DNA from: Thermodesulfobacteriota bacterium
GTDB taxonomy: Bacteria; Desulfobacterota; Binatia; Bin18
Length of the DNA: 64,000 bases
Direction: 5' to 3'
Assembly: GCA_964291405.2 (NCBI GenBank)
Contig: OZ219926.1
Location: 640,001 to 704,000, forward strand
The notes below the pieces were generated by a model. It searched no databases. It was not told the DNA's origin and saw nothing but the letters and a program-made list of their open reading frames with translations. A program made the translations under genes and the position numbers. Positions 39,976-49,871 of this stretch are shown in pieces (position 1 is the first letter of the stretch; each line of letters begins with the position of its first letter).

Positions 39976-40878
39976 ATGATGCGCATGGTTGTGCTTTATG
40001 TGTGTCTCTCGCTATTCCTCCTGAGTCTGCCGGCATGCAGTAAGAGCCTTATTCCAAAACTCTCAGGCTCAGACAAATCGGCTTCAACCACACCACTCGC
40101 AGAAGAGGGGAAGGTCGATGCGGACTCTCAGACCGCCCACTTTTCAGTGCCGCCGCAACAACTGGCGGCCCTGTTGATTAAGACGGCCAAGGACGAGGGT
40201 TGGGCGCCCAAGCAAAAGGCGGTTGAAAACGATGAGCGCTGGGTGGTAACCATTCGCGACCCGGACAAACCGCTCGGCAAGTCAGAACAGAACGTCTTTA
40301 TTGAAAGCAATTCCGATAGTGGCAGCATCATTCGGGTTGGCTCCGGCATGGCGTCGCTACCCGAGCGCTTACTGACACCGCTCAAAGCTAACGTGACGAC
40401 CTATTATGAGCCACCCAAACAGGTGGCGCAGACACCAGCGGCGACGGGGGAGCGGGACTATTCCGATAGAAAGTCTGCGGCCGATGTGGTGGTCACGGCC
40501 GGGACGCCAATGCGGCCCTACCGGAAACTCGGGAAAGTCCGGTCAAGCGTGCAGCGTAATGAGAAAACCCTCTCCCAGAAAATCTGGGACGCGCCGATGT
40601 CTCTGATTCGAGACGCCGACGAGGAGAGCACCAGCAAGACTCGTCTGTTCAATAAACTCAGTTCCAATGCGATACGCAAATACGGCAGCCAGGTCGATGC
40701 CATCATCAAAGCTCGCTACAAAGCACGCACGGACGGCAGTGCCTTTGCGTCGGGACTGGCGGTGCAGTACGTCGCAACTGAAGAGCGCTTGGAAGAGATC
40801 GAACGGCTGCATGAAAAAGGCTACCTGACCGACGCCGAGTACGAGGACAAACGGGCGAAAATTCTGCAAGGGCTCTAA
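39976..40878 (+). CDS. Putative lipoprotein with C-terminal SHOCT domain
   Basis: Lipobox LPAC; C-terminal ERLEEIERLHEKGYLTDAEYEDKRAKIL. Confidence 0.75.
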   Translation: MMRMVVLYVCLSLFLLSLPACSKSLIPKLSGSDKSASTTPLAEEGKVDADSQTAHFSVPPQQLAALLIKTAKDEGWAPKQKAVENDERWVVTIRDPDKPLGKSEQNVFIESNSDSGSIIRVGSGMASLPERLLTPLKANVTTYYEPPKQVAQTPAATGERDYSDRKSAADVVVTAGTPMRPYRKLGKVRSSVQRNEKTLSQKIWDAPMSLIRDADEESTSKTRLFNKLSSNAIRKYGSQVDAIIKARYKARTDGSAFASGLAVQYVATEERLEEIERLHEKGYLTDAEYEDKRAKILQGL

Positions 40879-40919
40879 ATCCTGCTCCGGGAGTGCGGGC
40901 GTCTCGACCGCGTCCGTCT

Positions 40920-41912
40920 TCACTTCACCACAATGGGATTAATCGGCGAGCCGGCAGCGCCGACAATCTTGAGCGGCGTACAGGCGTAGAGAAAAGCATA
41001 CTGTCCGTCTTCCGCACAATCGGCGGCCAGATCTTCGAGCCAGTTGATTTCGCTGAACAGGACACCGAGATTGCGCATGAGTGCTCCGTGGAGCGGTACA
41101 AAGCAGCCAGACTCGGGGTGAGACGTTTGCTCGCTTGCCAGGGTATCACTACCCAGGCTGGGGATTTCCATCTCGTGAAACCAGTTCACCAGTTCGGGAC
41201 TGTACGCAATCCCCGGTTCACTCATGGCCTGGACAGCCGTATCGGGCGAGTCGTCTGTCGCGTTTTCACCGTAATAGGCCGCCGGTCCTTCGGTAAAAAA
41301 GCGATTCAGCCAGCCGGTCCGAATCAGGAGAACATCGTGTTTTTCTATGGTCAACTTTTGATGTTCGGCCGTCTGCCGCAACTCGTCTAAACTGATACCA
41401 TACCCGGCAGGTAGATGGGGTAAGTCTTTGTAGCGAGCCACATCGAGCAATACACCACGACCGACCACGCCGCGTTCCGCCACGGGTAGAATGCTGTCTT
41501 TACTGAGTCCGCCACCCATGGTCGTTCTGGCGTCATAGCCGTTATAGAGTTTATCATCGAACCAGACGTGGCCCAGTGCATCATACTGCGTCGTGGCCTG
41601 GAGATTGGTCATCATGACGTCATCGGCGTACTCGATCCCACCCGGGAACGGCTGGGCCTTTCCACTCAGATAGTGGCCCTTGTCCATGACCATCATCCGG
41701 CTCGGCTGGCTGCGGCCCTTGTAGCCGGGGTCGCCGTCGGGATGGCACATCCGCACCTGGAGGGTAAAGACTTTGCCGCTTTGAACAGCTTTCACCCCGC
41801 GCAATACTTCCGCTTGGGTCAGAAAATTCAGAGAACCGAGTTCATCGTCGGCACCCCAGCGTCCCCAGTTTTTGGGCGCGTCTTTTAAGAGTTCTGTCAG
41901 CGTTTGAGCCAT
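40920..41912 (-). CDS. Cyclase family (kynurenine formamidase-like) metal-dependent hydrolase
   Basis: NWGRWGADDELGSLN, QATTQYDALGH, GRGVLLD, LIRTGW, GSPINP. Confidence 0.92.
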   Translation of the reverse strand: MAQTLTELLKDAPKNWGRWGADDELGSLNFLTQAEVLRGVKAVQSGKVFTLQVRMCHPDGDPGYKGRSQPSRMMVMDKGHYLSGKAQPFPGGIEYADDVMMTNLQATTQYDALGHVWFDDKLYNGYDARTTMGGGLSKDSILPVAERGVVGRGVLLDVARYKDLPHLPAGYGISLDELRQTAEHQKLTIEKHDVLLIRTGWLNRFFTEGPAAYYGENATDDSPDTAVQAMSEPGIAYSPELVNWFHEMEIPSLGSDTLASEQTSHPESGCFVPLHGALMRNLGVLFSEINWLEDLAADCAEDGQYAFLYACTPLKIVGAAGSPINPIVVK

Positions 41913-42095
41913 GCCTGCCTCCTTCTGAAAGAATTGAAGGGACGGATAACAAACCTCAGATACTCAGACAAGTATTGATTCGACCCGTACCGCCTTATCC
42001 GCCGGTCGCGTCTTTCTATCCGTATCGTCCCCGCTGGAACGTCGCTGCCGTTCCTGGCAAAAAGGAGGTAAGAATACCGAAACGGTTTCAGACAC

Positions 42096-42740
42096 GTGAC
42101 TCATAGACCGAACATCTGTCGATTGCGGGCCCTGTTTTTTTCTCTTGTTATTGGCGTGGCACTCTGTAGCAGTCCCGATGCTGCCGCCGAGTCAGACGGT
42201 TCGCCAGCACCCAGCCAGGAGAGCTTTAGCCTCGTGGACGAGGGCGGCAATTCGCCGAGCGACCTGGGTCTGGACCCGCATATCGACCCGCCCCAAGTCG
42301 GCCTCGACCCAACGGCTATAGTCACCGCCCACAACGTTCTCGGACTAGTGTTTCAGCAGTCAGCCGCCACCCGACAACTCTGGTTCCTCTTTGCCGGAGT
42401 TGGGTTGGGACTGCTGATTTTTTCTACCGTCCTCGTCCGGCTTGCTGATCGAACCTGGACCGTCACCGTTCTCTTGGCGTCCTGGGCACTGGCCTTCAGC
42501 GTGTTCGCCTATCTACACTGGACCGCCCTGGACACGGTTCAGCAGCAGCACCTCCTCCTGATACGGCTGGTCCAGTATGCGGCGGACCAGGCTTCCGCGC
42601 CGGACTTTCTTGTCCCTCTGGCGGCCACAATCCAACCCCTTTCCCGAGAGCTGTTGGCTGCCGCGCATCTCTGCCTGGACATCCTGGTCTTGGGGACAAT
42701 GCTGCTCCTGTGGCGAAACGGGAGACCGGACAGCCCATAA
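42096..42740 (+). CDS. Hypothetical membrane protein with signal peptide
   Basis: Signal-like N-terminus and about 3 TM segments; no family recognised. Confidence 0.55.
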   Translation: MTHRPNICRLRALFFSLVIGVALCSSPDAAAESDGSPAPSQESFSLVDEGGNSPSDLGLDPHIDPPQVGLDPTAIVTAHNVLGLVFQQSAATRQLWFLFAGVGLGLLIFSTVLVRLADRTWTVTVLLASWALAFSVFAYLHWTALDTVQQQHLLLIRLVQYAADQASAPDFLVPLAATIQPLSRELLAAAHLCLDILVLGTMLLLWRNGRPDSP

Positions 42741-42755
42741 TCGATTCGTTGGGAC

Positions 42756-43988
42756 TCACAACGCCGGGTTATCCAAAGGCAGTCCGACCCGGACCCGACC
42801 GTGGGTCGCGCCGTTCACGTCCCAGACATGGGTAAAATGGCGAGTTGCCGTACAGATATCGCGATAGGCGCGCGCAATGGGGTTATTCATATAAACCCCA
42901 CGCCCACCGCCGGCATCCCAGATCAGGTTCGCGGCCTGAAGGGCCAACTTGCCAGCGTAAGCACCTGCGGCTCGATATTTTGTCCGCTGCTCGGGCGACG
43001 GCAGGTCACCCGCTTCGAGGATTTGCATGATCTCGTCGCAGTTTCTGTACAGCAGGGCTTTGGCGGCTTCGACCGCCAGCGTCGCTTCCGAAATTTTCGT
43101 ATGCTGTAACGCCTGCTCGTGCAGGCTCTGGCCGGACATGAGCGCGACCCGGCTTTTGACCTGCTCGATATAGTCACGCACAATACCCTCGGCGATCCCA
43201 ACCGACGCGCTGGAGATAAGAATGCCGAACGTCATATAGCTGGGCGAGCGGTAGAGCGGGGCACGATTGACCTTGCGCCCCGGACTCGTCTCTCCGCCTT
43301 TCAGGTGCCGCAGCGGCAGCGTCATATGGGTCGGGATAAACACGCGGTCGGCTTTGACATCGTGACTGGCCGAGCCCCGTAGTCCGATGGCGTCCCAGGT
43401 ATCGAGAATCTCAAACGCGCCCTGGGGCAGGATGAAATAGCGTTCTTCGGGCTTCCCGCCTGGGCCGTTTTCCACCATAGCGGCAAACAGGCACCAGTCG
43501 CAGCTCGTGACACCACTCACAAACGGAAACTGCCCGGACAGTTCATATCCACCCCGGACCTTTCGGGCCTTGCCTAAAAGGGGGATAAGAATACCGCTCA
43601 ATAGATTTTGCGGACTCGCGCCCCAGACCGTTTCTTGAGCACGTTCCGGCCACTGTGCAACCATGAAGTTATGGCCGATGTATTGGGCTAGACACCAGGC
43701 GGTTGAACCACAGCCACTGCCGACCGTCGTCAGAATATCGACCATACCGGATAAGTGGGCCTCACAGCCCCCATAGTGCGCCGGCTGGAGAATCCGGGCG
43801 AGACCAGCCGTCCGCAGTTCCTGGCGAGTTTCATCGGGCAGGTGACGGATGTCATCGGTGTACGGCGCGCGTTGGCGCAGGACGGGCGCCAGCGCCTGGG
43901 CGCGGCGGACGAGTTCCTCGTGTGAGCCAACCCGGTGGTAACGCCGCCGGCGTGGGGCTGGGTGAGCTGTTACTCTCTGCTTGCTCAT
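42756..43988 (-). CDS. Flavin-dependent monooxygenase oxygenase subunit (HsaA/C2-like, acyl-CoA dehydrogenase fold)
   Basis: QPAHYGG, GCGSTAW, FVSGVTSCDW, DTWDAIGLRGSAS, RAYRD..TATRH. Confidence 0.88.
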   Translation of the reverse strand: MSKQRVTAHPAPRRRRYHRVGSHEELVRRAQALAPVLRQRAPYTDDIRHLPDETRQELRTAGLARILQPAHYGGCEAHLSGMVDILTTVGSGCGSTAWCLAQYIGHNFMVAQWPERAQETVWGASPQNLLSGILIPLLGKARKVRGGYELSGQFPFVSGVTSCDWCLFAAMVENGPGGKPEERYFILPQGAFEILDTWDAIGLRGSASHDVKADRVFIPTHMTLPLRHLKGGETSPGRKVNRAPLYRSPSYMTFGILISSASVGIAEGIVRDYIEQVKSRVALMSGQSLHEQALQHTKISEATLAVEAAKALLYRNCDEIMQILEAGDLPSPEQRTKYRAAGAYAGKLALQAANLIWDAGGGRGVYMNNPIARAYRDICTATRHFTHVWDVNGATHGRVRVGLPLDNPAL

Positions 43989-44137
43989 ACTATCCTCCTC
44001 CTGTTGTGTATGCCCCGTAGAGCGGTTAGCGGCAAGGGTGAGCGGTCCGGTTCGACGTGCAGCGTCGCTCCTCCCTTGCAGGGATGCCAGCGGATAGGCT
44101 AGGTTCGAGCCGCGACCACGAAGACAGGAGTATCCGT

Positions 44138-44755
44138 ATGGCGATTACCACCCTCGCCCATTATTTTGATTATAAGAGTCCGTATGCCTACCTTGCCCAG
44201 GAGGAAACTTTTCAGCTCGAAGACGAGTTCGATGTGACGGTAGACTTTCTGCCGCTGACCTTGGACATTCCCAAATTTCTGGGTTCTGCCGAGGTCGATG
44301 GCGCGGGCAAGGTCGTTGCCGAGGAGCGGAATGCCCATCAGTGGCGGCGGGTGAAATACAGCTATATGGACTGCCGCCGCGAGGCCACCCGGCGCGGTCT
44401 GACGATTCGAGGACCCCGCCATATTTTCGACTCTTCGCTGAGCCATATCGGCATGCTGTACGCCAAACAGCAGGGGGATTTTCGGCCCTACCACCATCTC
44501 GTGTATGAACGCTTTTGGAAACGCGAACTCGCTATTGAAGACCCTCAGGTGCTGAAGAAAGCGCTGGAAGAGGTCGGCATCGATACCCAAGGATTTCTCG
44601 ATTACCTGAACGGCGACGGTCGCCGCGAGTTGGAACGTATACAAACCGAGGCCGAAAAGGTGGGCGTGTTTGGCGTCCCAAGTTATGTGGTCAACGGCGA
44701 GCTGTTCTGGGGAGCTGAGCGTCTGGTCCGTGTGCGCGAGCGACTGGCAGCCTAG
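44138..44755 (+). CDS. 2-hydroxychromene-2-carboxylate isomerase / GST-kappa (DsbA family)
   Basis: AGGAG RBS; YFDYKSPYAYL, GVFGVPSY..GELFWGAER. Confidence 0.9.
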   Translation: MAITTLAHYFDYKSPYAYLAQEETFQLEDEFDVTVDFLPLTLDIPKFLGSAEVDGAGKVVAEERNAHQWRRVKYSYMDCRREATRRGLTIRGPRHIFDSSLSHIGMLYAKQQGDFRPYHHLVYERFWKRELAIEDPQVLKKALEEVGIDTQGFLDYLNGDGRRELERIQTEAEKVGVFGVPSYVVNGELFWGAERLVRVRERLAA

Positions 44756-44795
44756 CACCCTGGTGCGAAGGCCGAGAAAGGATTCCATCGCCATT

Positions 44796-45302
44796 ATGGG
44801 CGTCCTTCTCGTTACACTCTTGACGATCCTGGTCCTTTTCTACGTCTGGTCCCGGGGACGTGGACGGGCTCAGAGCGTCCCTTCCTATTTCTTCAATGCG
44901 GTGAAAGTCTATGCGTTGCTGGGCGAAGAGGACGCCAAAGTCGCAGCCCGAGCCGCTGGCAAGATGGCCACACCCCGTCAGCGGACCATGATGCTGGATT
45001 ATCTGAACAAACGGACGTCAGAACTGCTGCTGGAAACAGTGGAACAGAACGCCGGTCAGAATCCGCTGGTGGTCGTCGATCGCCTCTTACAACTCAAACA
45101 GGAGATGAGCCTCCAAGCCGAGCCCACGGACGAGCGAGCGCTTGACCTCATTCCCGAAAAACAATGGTTGCAGGACCATAATCAGGCATATCTGCGAGCG
45201 CTGGGGCGAGGCGACCCCAGCGTGTTTGTTGCCCAACATCCGGATCTCTTCTCCTCTCAGACCACCAAGCCGGCCACGGCCAAAAACGATGAAGCAGTCT
45301 GA
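44796..45302 (+). CDS. Hypothetical protein with N-terminal membrane anchor
   Basis: MGVLLVTLLTILVLFYVW; overlaps the MFS start. Confidence 0.55.
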   Translation: MGVLLVTLLTILVLFYVWSRGRGRAQSVPSYFFNAVKVYALLGEEDAKVAARAAGKMATPRQRTMMLDYLNKRTSELLLETVEQNAGQNPLVVVDRLLQLKQEMSLQAEPTDERALDLIPEKQWLQDHNQAYLRALGRGDPSVFVAQHPDLFSSQTTKPATAKNDEAV

Positions 45303-46569
45303 TTCCTCCCAGACACGCCCAGACCTGTCCGCCCTTTCTCAAGCTGGGGTCACGCTTTCCGCTTCACCCCCAGCTGCGGCACCCACTCGTGCCGCCCGGG
45401 TGGTGCGGCCGCGCTGGCTGCTACTCGGCCTGGCGGTGGCCATTATTTTTACCGATGCCGTGGGCTATACGGTTATCATCCCGGCGCTGCCAAGTTTTGC
45501 GGCGGAATTGGGCCTGGGAGAAACCCGCACGGGTACGTTGTACGCCTCATACGGCTTGATTTCTCTTCTGCTCTACCTCCCCTTTGGTCTGCTGGTTGAC
45601 CGCTGGGGCGAACGACGGTGGCTAACAGTCGGTATGCTGGCCCTGGGACTCGCCTCGCTCGGATTCTGGCAGGCAGACGGGTTCTGGTCTCTACTCGGCT
45701 GTCGCGTCACGCAAGGGGTCGCAGCGTCCGCAACCTGGGCTGCGGCCCTCCCCCTCGCGGCCCGGCTGGCGACCACGGAGCGACGTGGCGTGGAAATGAG
45801 CGTCCTGATGATGGCCTTCAGCATTGGTGTGGTTGCCGGGCCGGCCCTCGGCAGTCTGGGTCAGGTGCGTGACCCCTTCCTGTATTTTGCTGGTGTGCCG
45901 TTTGGCTTGGCCATCTGCGTCTTTGTCCTGCTGCCGCGGCATGCGACGCCCTCCACCCAGGCGGTTGTTCCTGCCGCCGCTGCGGCGCCAGCCTTTTTTC
46001 GAGACGGGCTGCGACGTGAACTCGTATGCGCCTGCCTGGTGATTCTCGTCACCTGCGCCACGCTGGGGGCGATTGAGATACTGCTGCCGCTCCAATTCTC
46101 CCGGCTGGGCTGGACGCGCCAGCACATCGGGCTGTTTTTTTCGGGCTGGGGTCTGGCTATGCTGATTATCCAGCCGCTCATCGGTTGGTGGTCGGACCGG
46201 CGCGGTCGACGGGAACCCATCCAATTCGGCCTGCTCGCCGCGGCGGTCCTCACGCCTAGCCTGTTTTCCGCTCTTGATTCGGTCTGGCTGTTCCCCCTCG
46301 CCCTGGGAACAATTCTTGCCCTGTCAGCCGCCCTTGTCCCCACCCTGCCCCTGATGGCGGACTATCTCACCGACGGGCAGTCCGGCAGAGCCTTTGGGTT
46401 TTATAATATGGCGTTCAGTCTTGGCATCGTGGTAGGACCCTGGTCAGGAGGCTATATCACCGAGCACCTCGATGTGCTCTGGGCCGCGGTCCTGGTCAGT
46501 CTTCCCCTGCTGGTTATGGTGCCGCTTGTTCCCTATCTGTTACGCCAGCCGCATCCACGAAAGGTATAG
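45289..46569 (+). CDS. MFS transporter (DHA1/SLC18-like)
   Basis: About 12 TM; motif A GLLVDRWGER and GWWSDRRGRR; TM1 Asp (FTDAVGY); RVTQG. Confidence 0.9.
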   Translation: MKQSDSSQTRPDLSALSQAGVTLSASPPAAAPTRAARVVRPRWLLLGLAVAIIFTDAVGYTVIIPALPSFAAELGLGETRTGTLYASYGLISLLLYLPFGLLVDRWGERRWLTVGMLALGLASLGFWQADGFWSLLGCRVTQGVAASATWAAALPLAARLATTERRGVEMSVLMMAFSIGVVAGPALGSLGQVRDPFLYFAGVPFGLAICVFVLLPRHATPSTQAVVPAAAAAPAFFRDGLRRELVCACLVILVTCATLGAIEILLPLQFSRLGWTRQHIGLFFSGWGLAMLIIQPLIGWWSDRRGRREPIQFGLLAAAVLTPSLFSALDSVWLFPLALGTILALSAALVPTLPLMADYLTDGQSGRAFGFYNMAFSLGIVVGPWSGGYITEHLDVLWAAVLVSLPLLVMVPLVPYLLRQPHPRKV

Positions 46570-46572
46570 CCA

Positions 46573-47613
46573 GTGGCGCAATTACAGTCCCCAACTTACG
46601 ATCTTGCCGATGTTGTCGCCGTCAATGATATGTATCACCAGCGCGGCTGGACAGACGGTCTGCCCATTCTTCCCCCCACCGAGGAGTTGGTTCAGGTCTG
46701 TCTCGACGCGACCGGCCTGGCACCAGACGCCGTTGTTGGCGTCGAGTCCGTCCGCCAACGTCCGATTACCGCAGAGAAGGTCGCCATCAATGCGGTGATG
46801 GCGGGCTGTCTGCCGGCCTATATGCCCGTGGTCGTCACTGTAATCAAAGCCATGTGCCAGACAGAGTTCAATCTGCACGGCAGCACGGCGAGCACTGGTG
46901 GCAGTGCCCAGTTTATTGTGGTCAACGGACCCATTCGACAGCGGGTCGGGCTGAACGCCACCCATAATGTCCTGGCTAATCACAGCCGGGCCAATGCCAG
47001 TATTGGCCGTGCCATCCGCCTCGTGCTCATTAACGTACTGGGCTGTGTCCCCGGACAGCTCGACCGCTCTACCCTGGGCCATCCAGGCAAATTCACCTTC
47101 TGTATTTCCGAGGACGAAGAAGACAGTCCCTGGATACCCCTAGCGCAACAGCGTGGCATTCCTGCCGGTGTGTCGGCGGTCACGATTATGGCGGGAGAGT
47201 CACCGCACCAAACCATGAACGAGTGGACCCGCGACCCGGAAGAAATCGCTGAGACCTTTGCGGCGGAGCTCCGTCACAATATGTTGACCTATTCGATCTG
47301 GGCCGGGAATTATGCCTTGATCGTTCCCAAACAACTGCGCGATCTCATTACGGCTGCGGGGTGGCAAAAGCGTGATATCCAGGAGTACGTCTATCGCTCT
47401 GCTCGGGTTGTGCGCCGCGACTGGGCTACGGTGGGGAAAAAGCAGATCGTCAACCTGGGCAAGGGAGCCGACCAGCGCTTCAGCGCCTTACGCTCACCCG
47501 ACGATTTACTGGTGGTTGCCGCCGGTGGTCCGGCAGGTGGGTTTGGGGCGATTGTACCGCCGTGGTTAGGCTCCCGGTCGCAGGCCGTGACGCAGATCAT
47601 CGAAACCCCATAA
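46573..47613 (+). CDS. Conserved hypothetical protein typically found next to UGSC-family (seleno)proteins
   Basis: RGWTDGLPILPPT, EKVAINAVMAGC, VVNGP, RANASIGRA, LGHPGK, VVAAGG. Confidence 0.85.
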   Translation: MAQLQSPTYDLADVVAVNDMYHQRGWTDGLPILPPTEELVQVCLDATGLAPDAVVGVESVRQRPITAEKVAINAVMAGCLPAYMPVVVTVIKAMCQTEFNLHGSTASTGGSAQFIVVNGPIRQRVGLNATHNVLANHSRANASIGRAIRLVLINVLGCVPGQLDRSTLGHPGKFTFCISEDEEDSPWIPLAQQRGIPAGVSAVTIMAGESPHQTMNEWTRDPEEIAETFAAELRHNMLTYSIWAGNYALIVPKQLRDLITAAGWQKRDIQEYVYRSARVVRRDWATVGKKQIVNLGKGADQRFSALRSPDDLLVVAAGGPAGGFGAIVPPWLGSRSQAVTQIIETP

Positions 47614-47625
47614 AGGAGCCAGGCT

Positions 47626-48168
47626 ATGACACTACGCGTTCTTGATCCAACTTTTGACGGCGGCCAGGCGACCCAGACCACCGTCTCCCGCCTGTCCTCT
47701 CTGGCCGGACGGACGGTCGGTCTGCTCGACAACGGCAAGCTTAATGTAGACACCTTGCTCAATCACGTCGAAACACTCCTGCGTTCACAACACGGCGTCA
47801 GTACCGTCATCCGCCTGCACAAACCGGATGCCAGCCGTCCGGCTCCTGAGGGTGTCGCAAAAGAGTTCGCAGCGTGTGATGCGGTTATTTCCGCGGTCGG
47901 TGATTGAGGTAGTTGTTCATCGTGCAGTTTGCACGATGCCCTGACTGCCGAAAAGGCCGGCGTAGCGGCCACCGCCATTATTACTGATCGTTTTGTCCCA
48001 ACGGCTAAAGCCATGGCCACGGTCCAGGGTATGTCGGACTATCCCTTTGCCGTTATCCCCCATCCCATTGCCAGCAATACCGAGCAGACCCTACGTGAAA
48101 AGGCAGCGGATGCCGTGCGGCAATGCGTTAAAATTCTGTTGCAAGGCGAGCCACATGCCGATGCATAG
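47626..48168 (+). CDS. UGSC-family selenoprotein (Sec at TGA 47905-47907), 180 aa
   Basis: ORFs 47626-47907 and 47929-48168 share a frame; read-through gives AVGD-U-GSCSSCSLHD; SECIS-like hairpin follows. Confidence 0.9.
47918..47938 (+). promoter_or_regulatory. Bacterial SECIS element
   Basis: CATCGTGCA-GTT-TGCACGATG: 9-bp perfect stem starting 10 nt after UGA; apical loop begins with G. Confidence 0.8.
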
Positions 48169-49603
48169 CGACGGAGTAGCGGAGGCTTTCCCGCTTGAGC
48201 CCTCGGCTGGCGAGATGCGTCACCTGGTTGACCAGGCGATGCAGTATATTACCGCCCATATTGAGTCGTTAGCGGACCAGCCGGCAGCCAATGCCGAAGG
48301 CGGAGCCGAACTAGCCCGCAGCTTGCGAGAGCCCCTGCCTGAGCATGGACAGACCTATGCCGAGCTTTTGCACACGCTCTTCCATACGGCCATTCCGCGC
48401 AGTTTCAACTGTGCTGGACCAGGATATTTGGCCTATGTCCCCGGTGGCGGCATTTTTCATGCCGCCGTGGCGGACCTGATTAGTGATGCGGTGAATCGCT
48501 ACGTCGGCGTCTGGGCCGCGTCCCCCGGTCTGGCCCAGCTTGAAGCCAATGTTGTGCGCTGGTTCTGCGATATTATCGGCTATCCAGCTTCCGCCGGTGG
48601 TTTTCTGACCACAGGAGGTTCACTAGCGAACTTCTCGGCCATTTTTACCGCCCGCCGCGAGCGGCTACCCGAGAATTTTCTGGCCGGCAGCATGTATACG
48701 TCCAGCCAGACCCACCACTCAGTACAAAAGGCGGCCCTCCTGGCCGGATTCCCTGCCCACAACGTTCGGGAGATTCCAACGGACGAACAGTTCCGCATCC
48801 GGCTCGATGCCTTACAGCAACACATCGAAGCGGACCGGCAGGCGGGTCTTACACCATTTCTCATCATCGGGAACGCAGGCACGACCAATACGGGTGCGGT
48901 AGACGATCTCACCACCCTGGCCGATATTGCTTACCAACACGGGCTCTGGCTTCATGTTGACGCGGCCTACGGCGGCTTCTTTATGCTAACCCAGCGTGGT
49001 CGGGCTCGATTAGGTGGAATTGAGCGAGCGGATTCGATCACCCTTGACCCGCATAAGGGCCTCTTCCTCCCCTTTGGCACCGGGTCTCTTCTCGTGCGAG
49101 AGCGTGAGGCCCTCAAACGGGCGCATCAAGGTGAGGCAGCCGCCTATCTACCGACCATGCAGGATGATCCCGATTGCGTAGATTTTTGCCAGATTTCGCC
49201 AGAACTCTCGCGCGACTTTCGCGGGCTACGTGTCTGGCTGCCCCTCAAGATGCACGGCATTCAGCCCTTTCGTCAGGCCCTGGACGAAAAACTCGATCTA
49301 GCCGCTTGGGCGACCGCAGAACTCAAAAAAATCCCGGAGGTTGGAATCGTTGCCGAGCCACAATTATCCATTGTCGCCTTTCGGCTGAACCGACCCGGCT
49401 TGAATACGCGAGCTCTCAACGCGCTGAATCACACCTGGCTTCAAGCTATCAATGCCCGCAAACGAGTCCTGCTGACCGGCACGATGCTGGGCGACCGGTT
49501 TGCCATCCGTATCTGTGCGTTATGTTTTCGGACGCACCAGGATCGTCTGGAGATGTGCCTGGAAGATATTCGAGCGGCGTGCCAAGCGATGTCAAACGCA
49601 TAA
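48155..49603 (+). CDS. Group II PLP-dependent amino acid decarboxylase (aromatic L-amino acid decarboxylase-like)
   Basis: TGGSLANF, THHSVQKA, AGTTNTGAVDD, WLHVDAAYGG, DSITLDPHK (PLP Lys), ELSRDFRGL. Confidence 0.92.
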   Translation: MPMHSDGVAEAFPLEPSAGEMRHLVDQAMQYITAHIESLADQPAANAEGGAELARSLREPLPEHGQTYAELLHTLFHTAIPRSFNCAGPGYLAYVPGGGIFHAAVADLISDAVNRYVGVWAASPGLAQLEANVVRWFCDIIGYPASAGGFLTTGGSLANFSAIFTARRERLPENFLAGSMYTSSQTHHSVQKAALLAGFPAHNVREIPTDEQFRIRLDALQQHIEADRQAGLTPFLIIGNAGTTNTGAVDDLTTLADIAYQHGLWLHVDAAYGGFFMLTQRGRARLGGIERADSITLDPHKGLFLPFGTGSLLVREREALKRAHQGEAAAYLPTMQDDPDCVDFCQISPELSRDFRGLRVWLPLKMHGIQPFRQALDEKLDLAAWATAELKKIPEVGIVAEPQLSIVAFRLNRPGLNTRALNALNHTWLQAINARKRVLLTGTMLGDRFAIRICALCFRTHQDRLEMCLEDIRAACQAMSNA

Positions 49604-49697
49604 GCAGGTCGCGCCCTTGCCCTAGGCTTGATCCAGGCTTGACGTCGTCTCCTCTCGTATGAGAGGAGGACAGATATGGGCTAAAAGGAGGGACGCC

Positions 49698-49871
49698 ATG
49701 AAGGGGACAGCCATCGGACTCGTGGTCGGCAGTTTTCTGTGTTTTCTGCAGAGCGTTGATTATCTGCGGCAGAGCGACCTCAAGGGCCTTGTCTTGTTAG
49801 GCATCGGCGGCGTGTTTCTGTACTTAGCCAAAATGGCCTGGGAGAAGCCGCTAGGCGACCCCGATGACTAA
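49698..49871 (+). CDS. Small hypothetical membrane protein (2 TM)
   Basis: AGGAGGG RBS before MKGTAIGLVVG; two hydrophobic segments. Confidence 0.55.
   Translation: MKGTAIGLVVGSFLCFLQSVDYLRQSDLKGLVLLGIGGVFLYLAKMAWEKPLGDPDD

Noticed and set aside
42078-42091. GAAACGGTTTCA, LacI-like operator
   Set aside because: Short and imperfect, with no LacI regulator or sugar genes nearby
47905-47907. Nonsense mutation/pseudogene interpretation of the TGA
   Set aside because: UGSC motif context plus a correctly spaced SECIS-like hairpin favour selenocysteine
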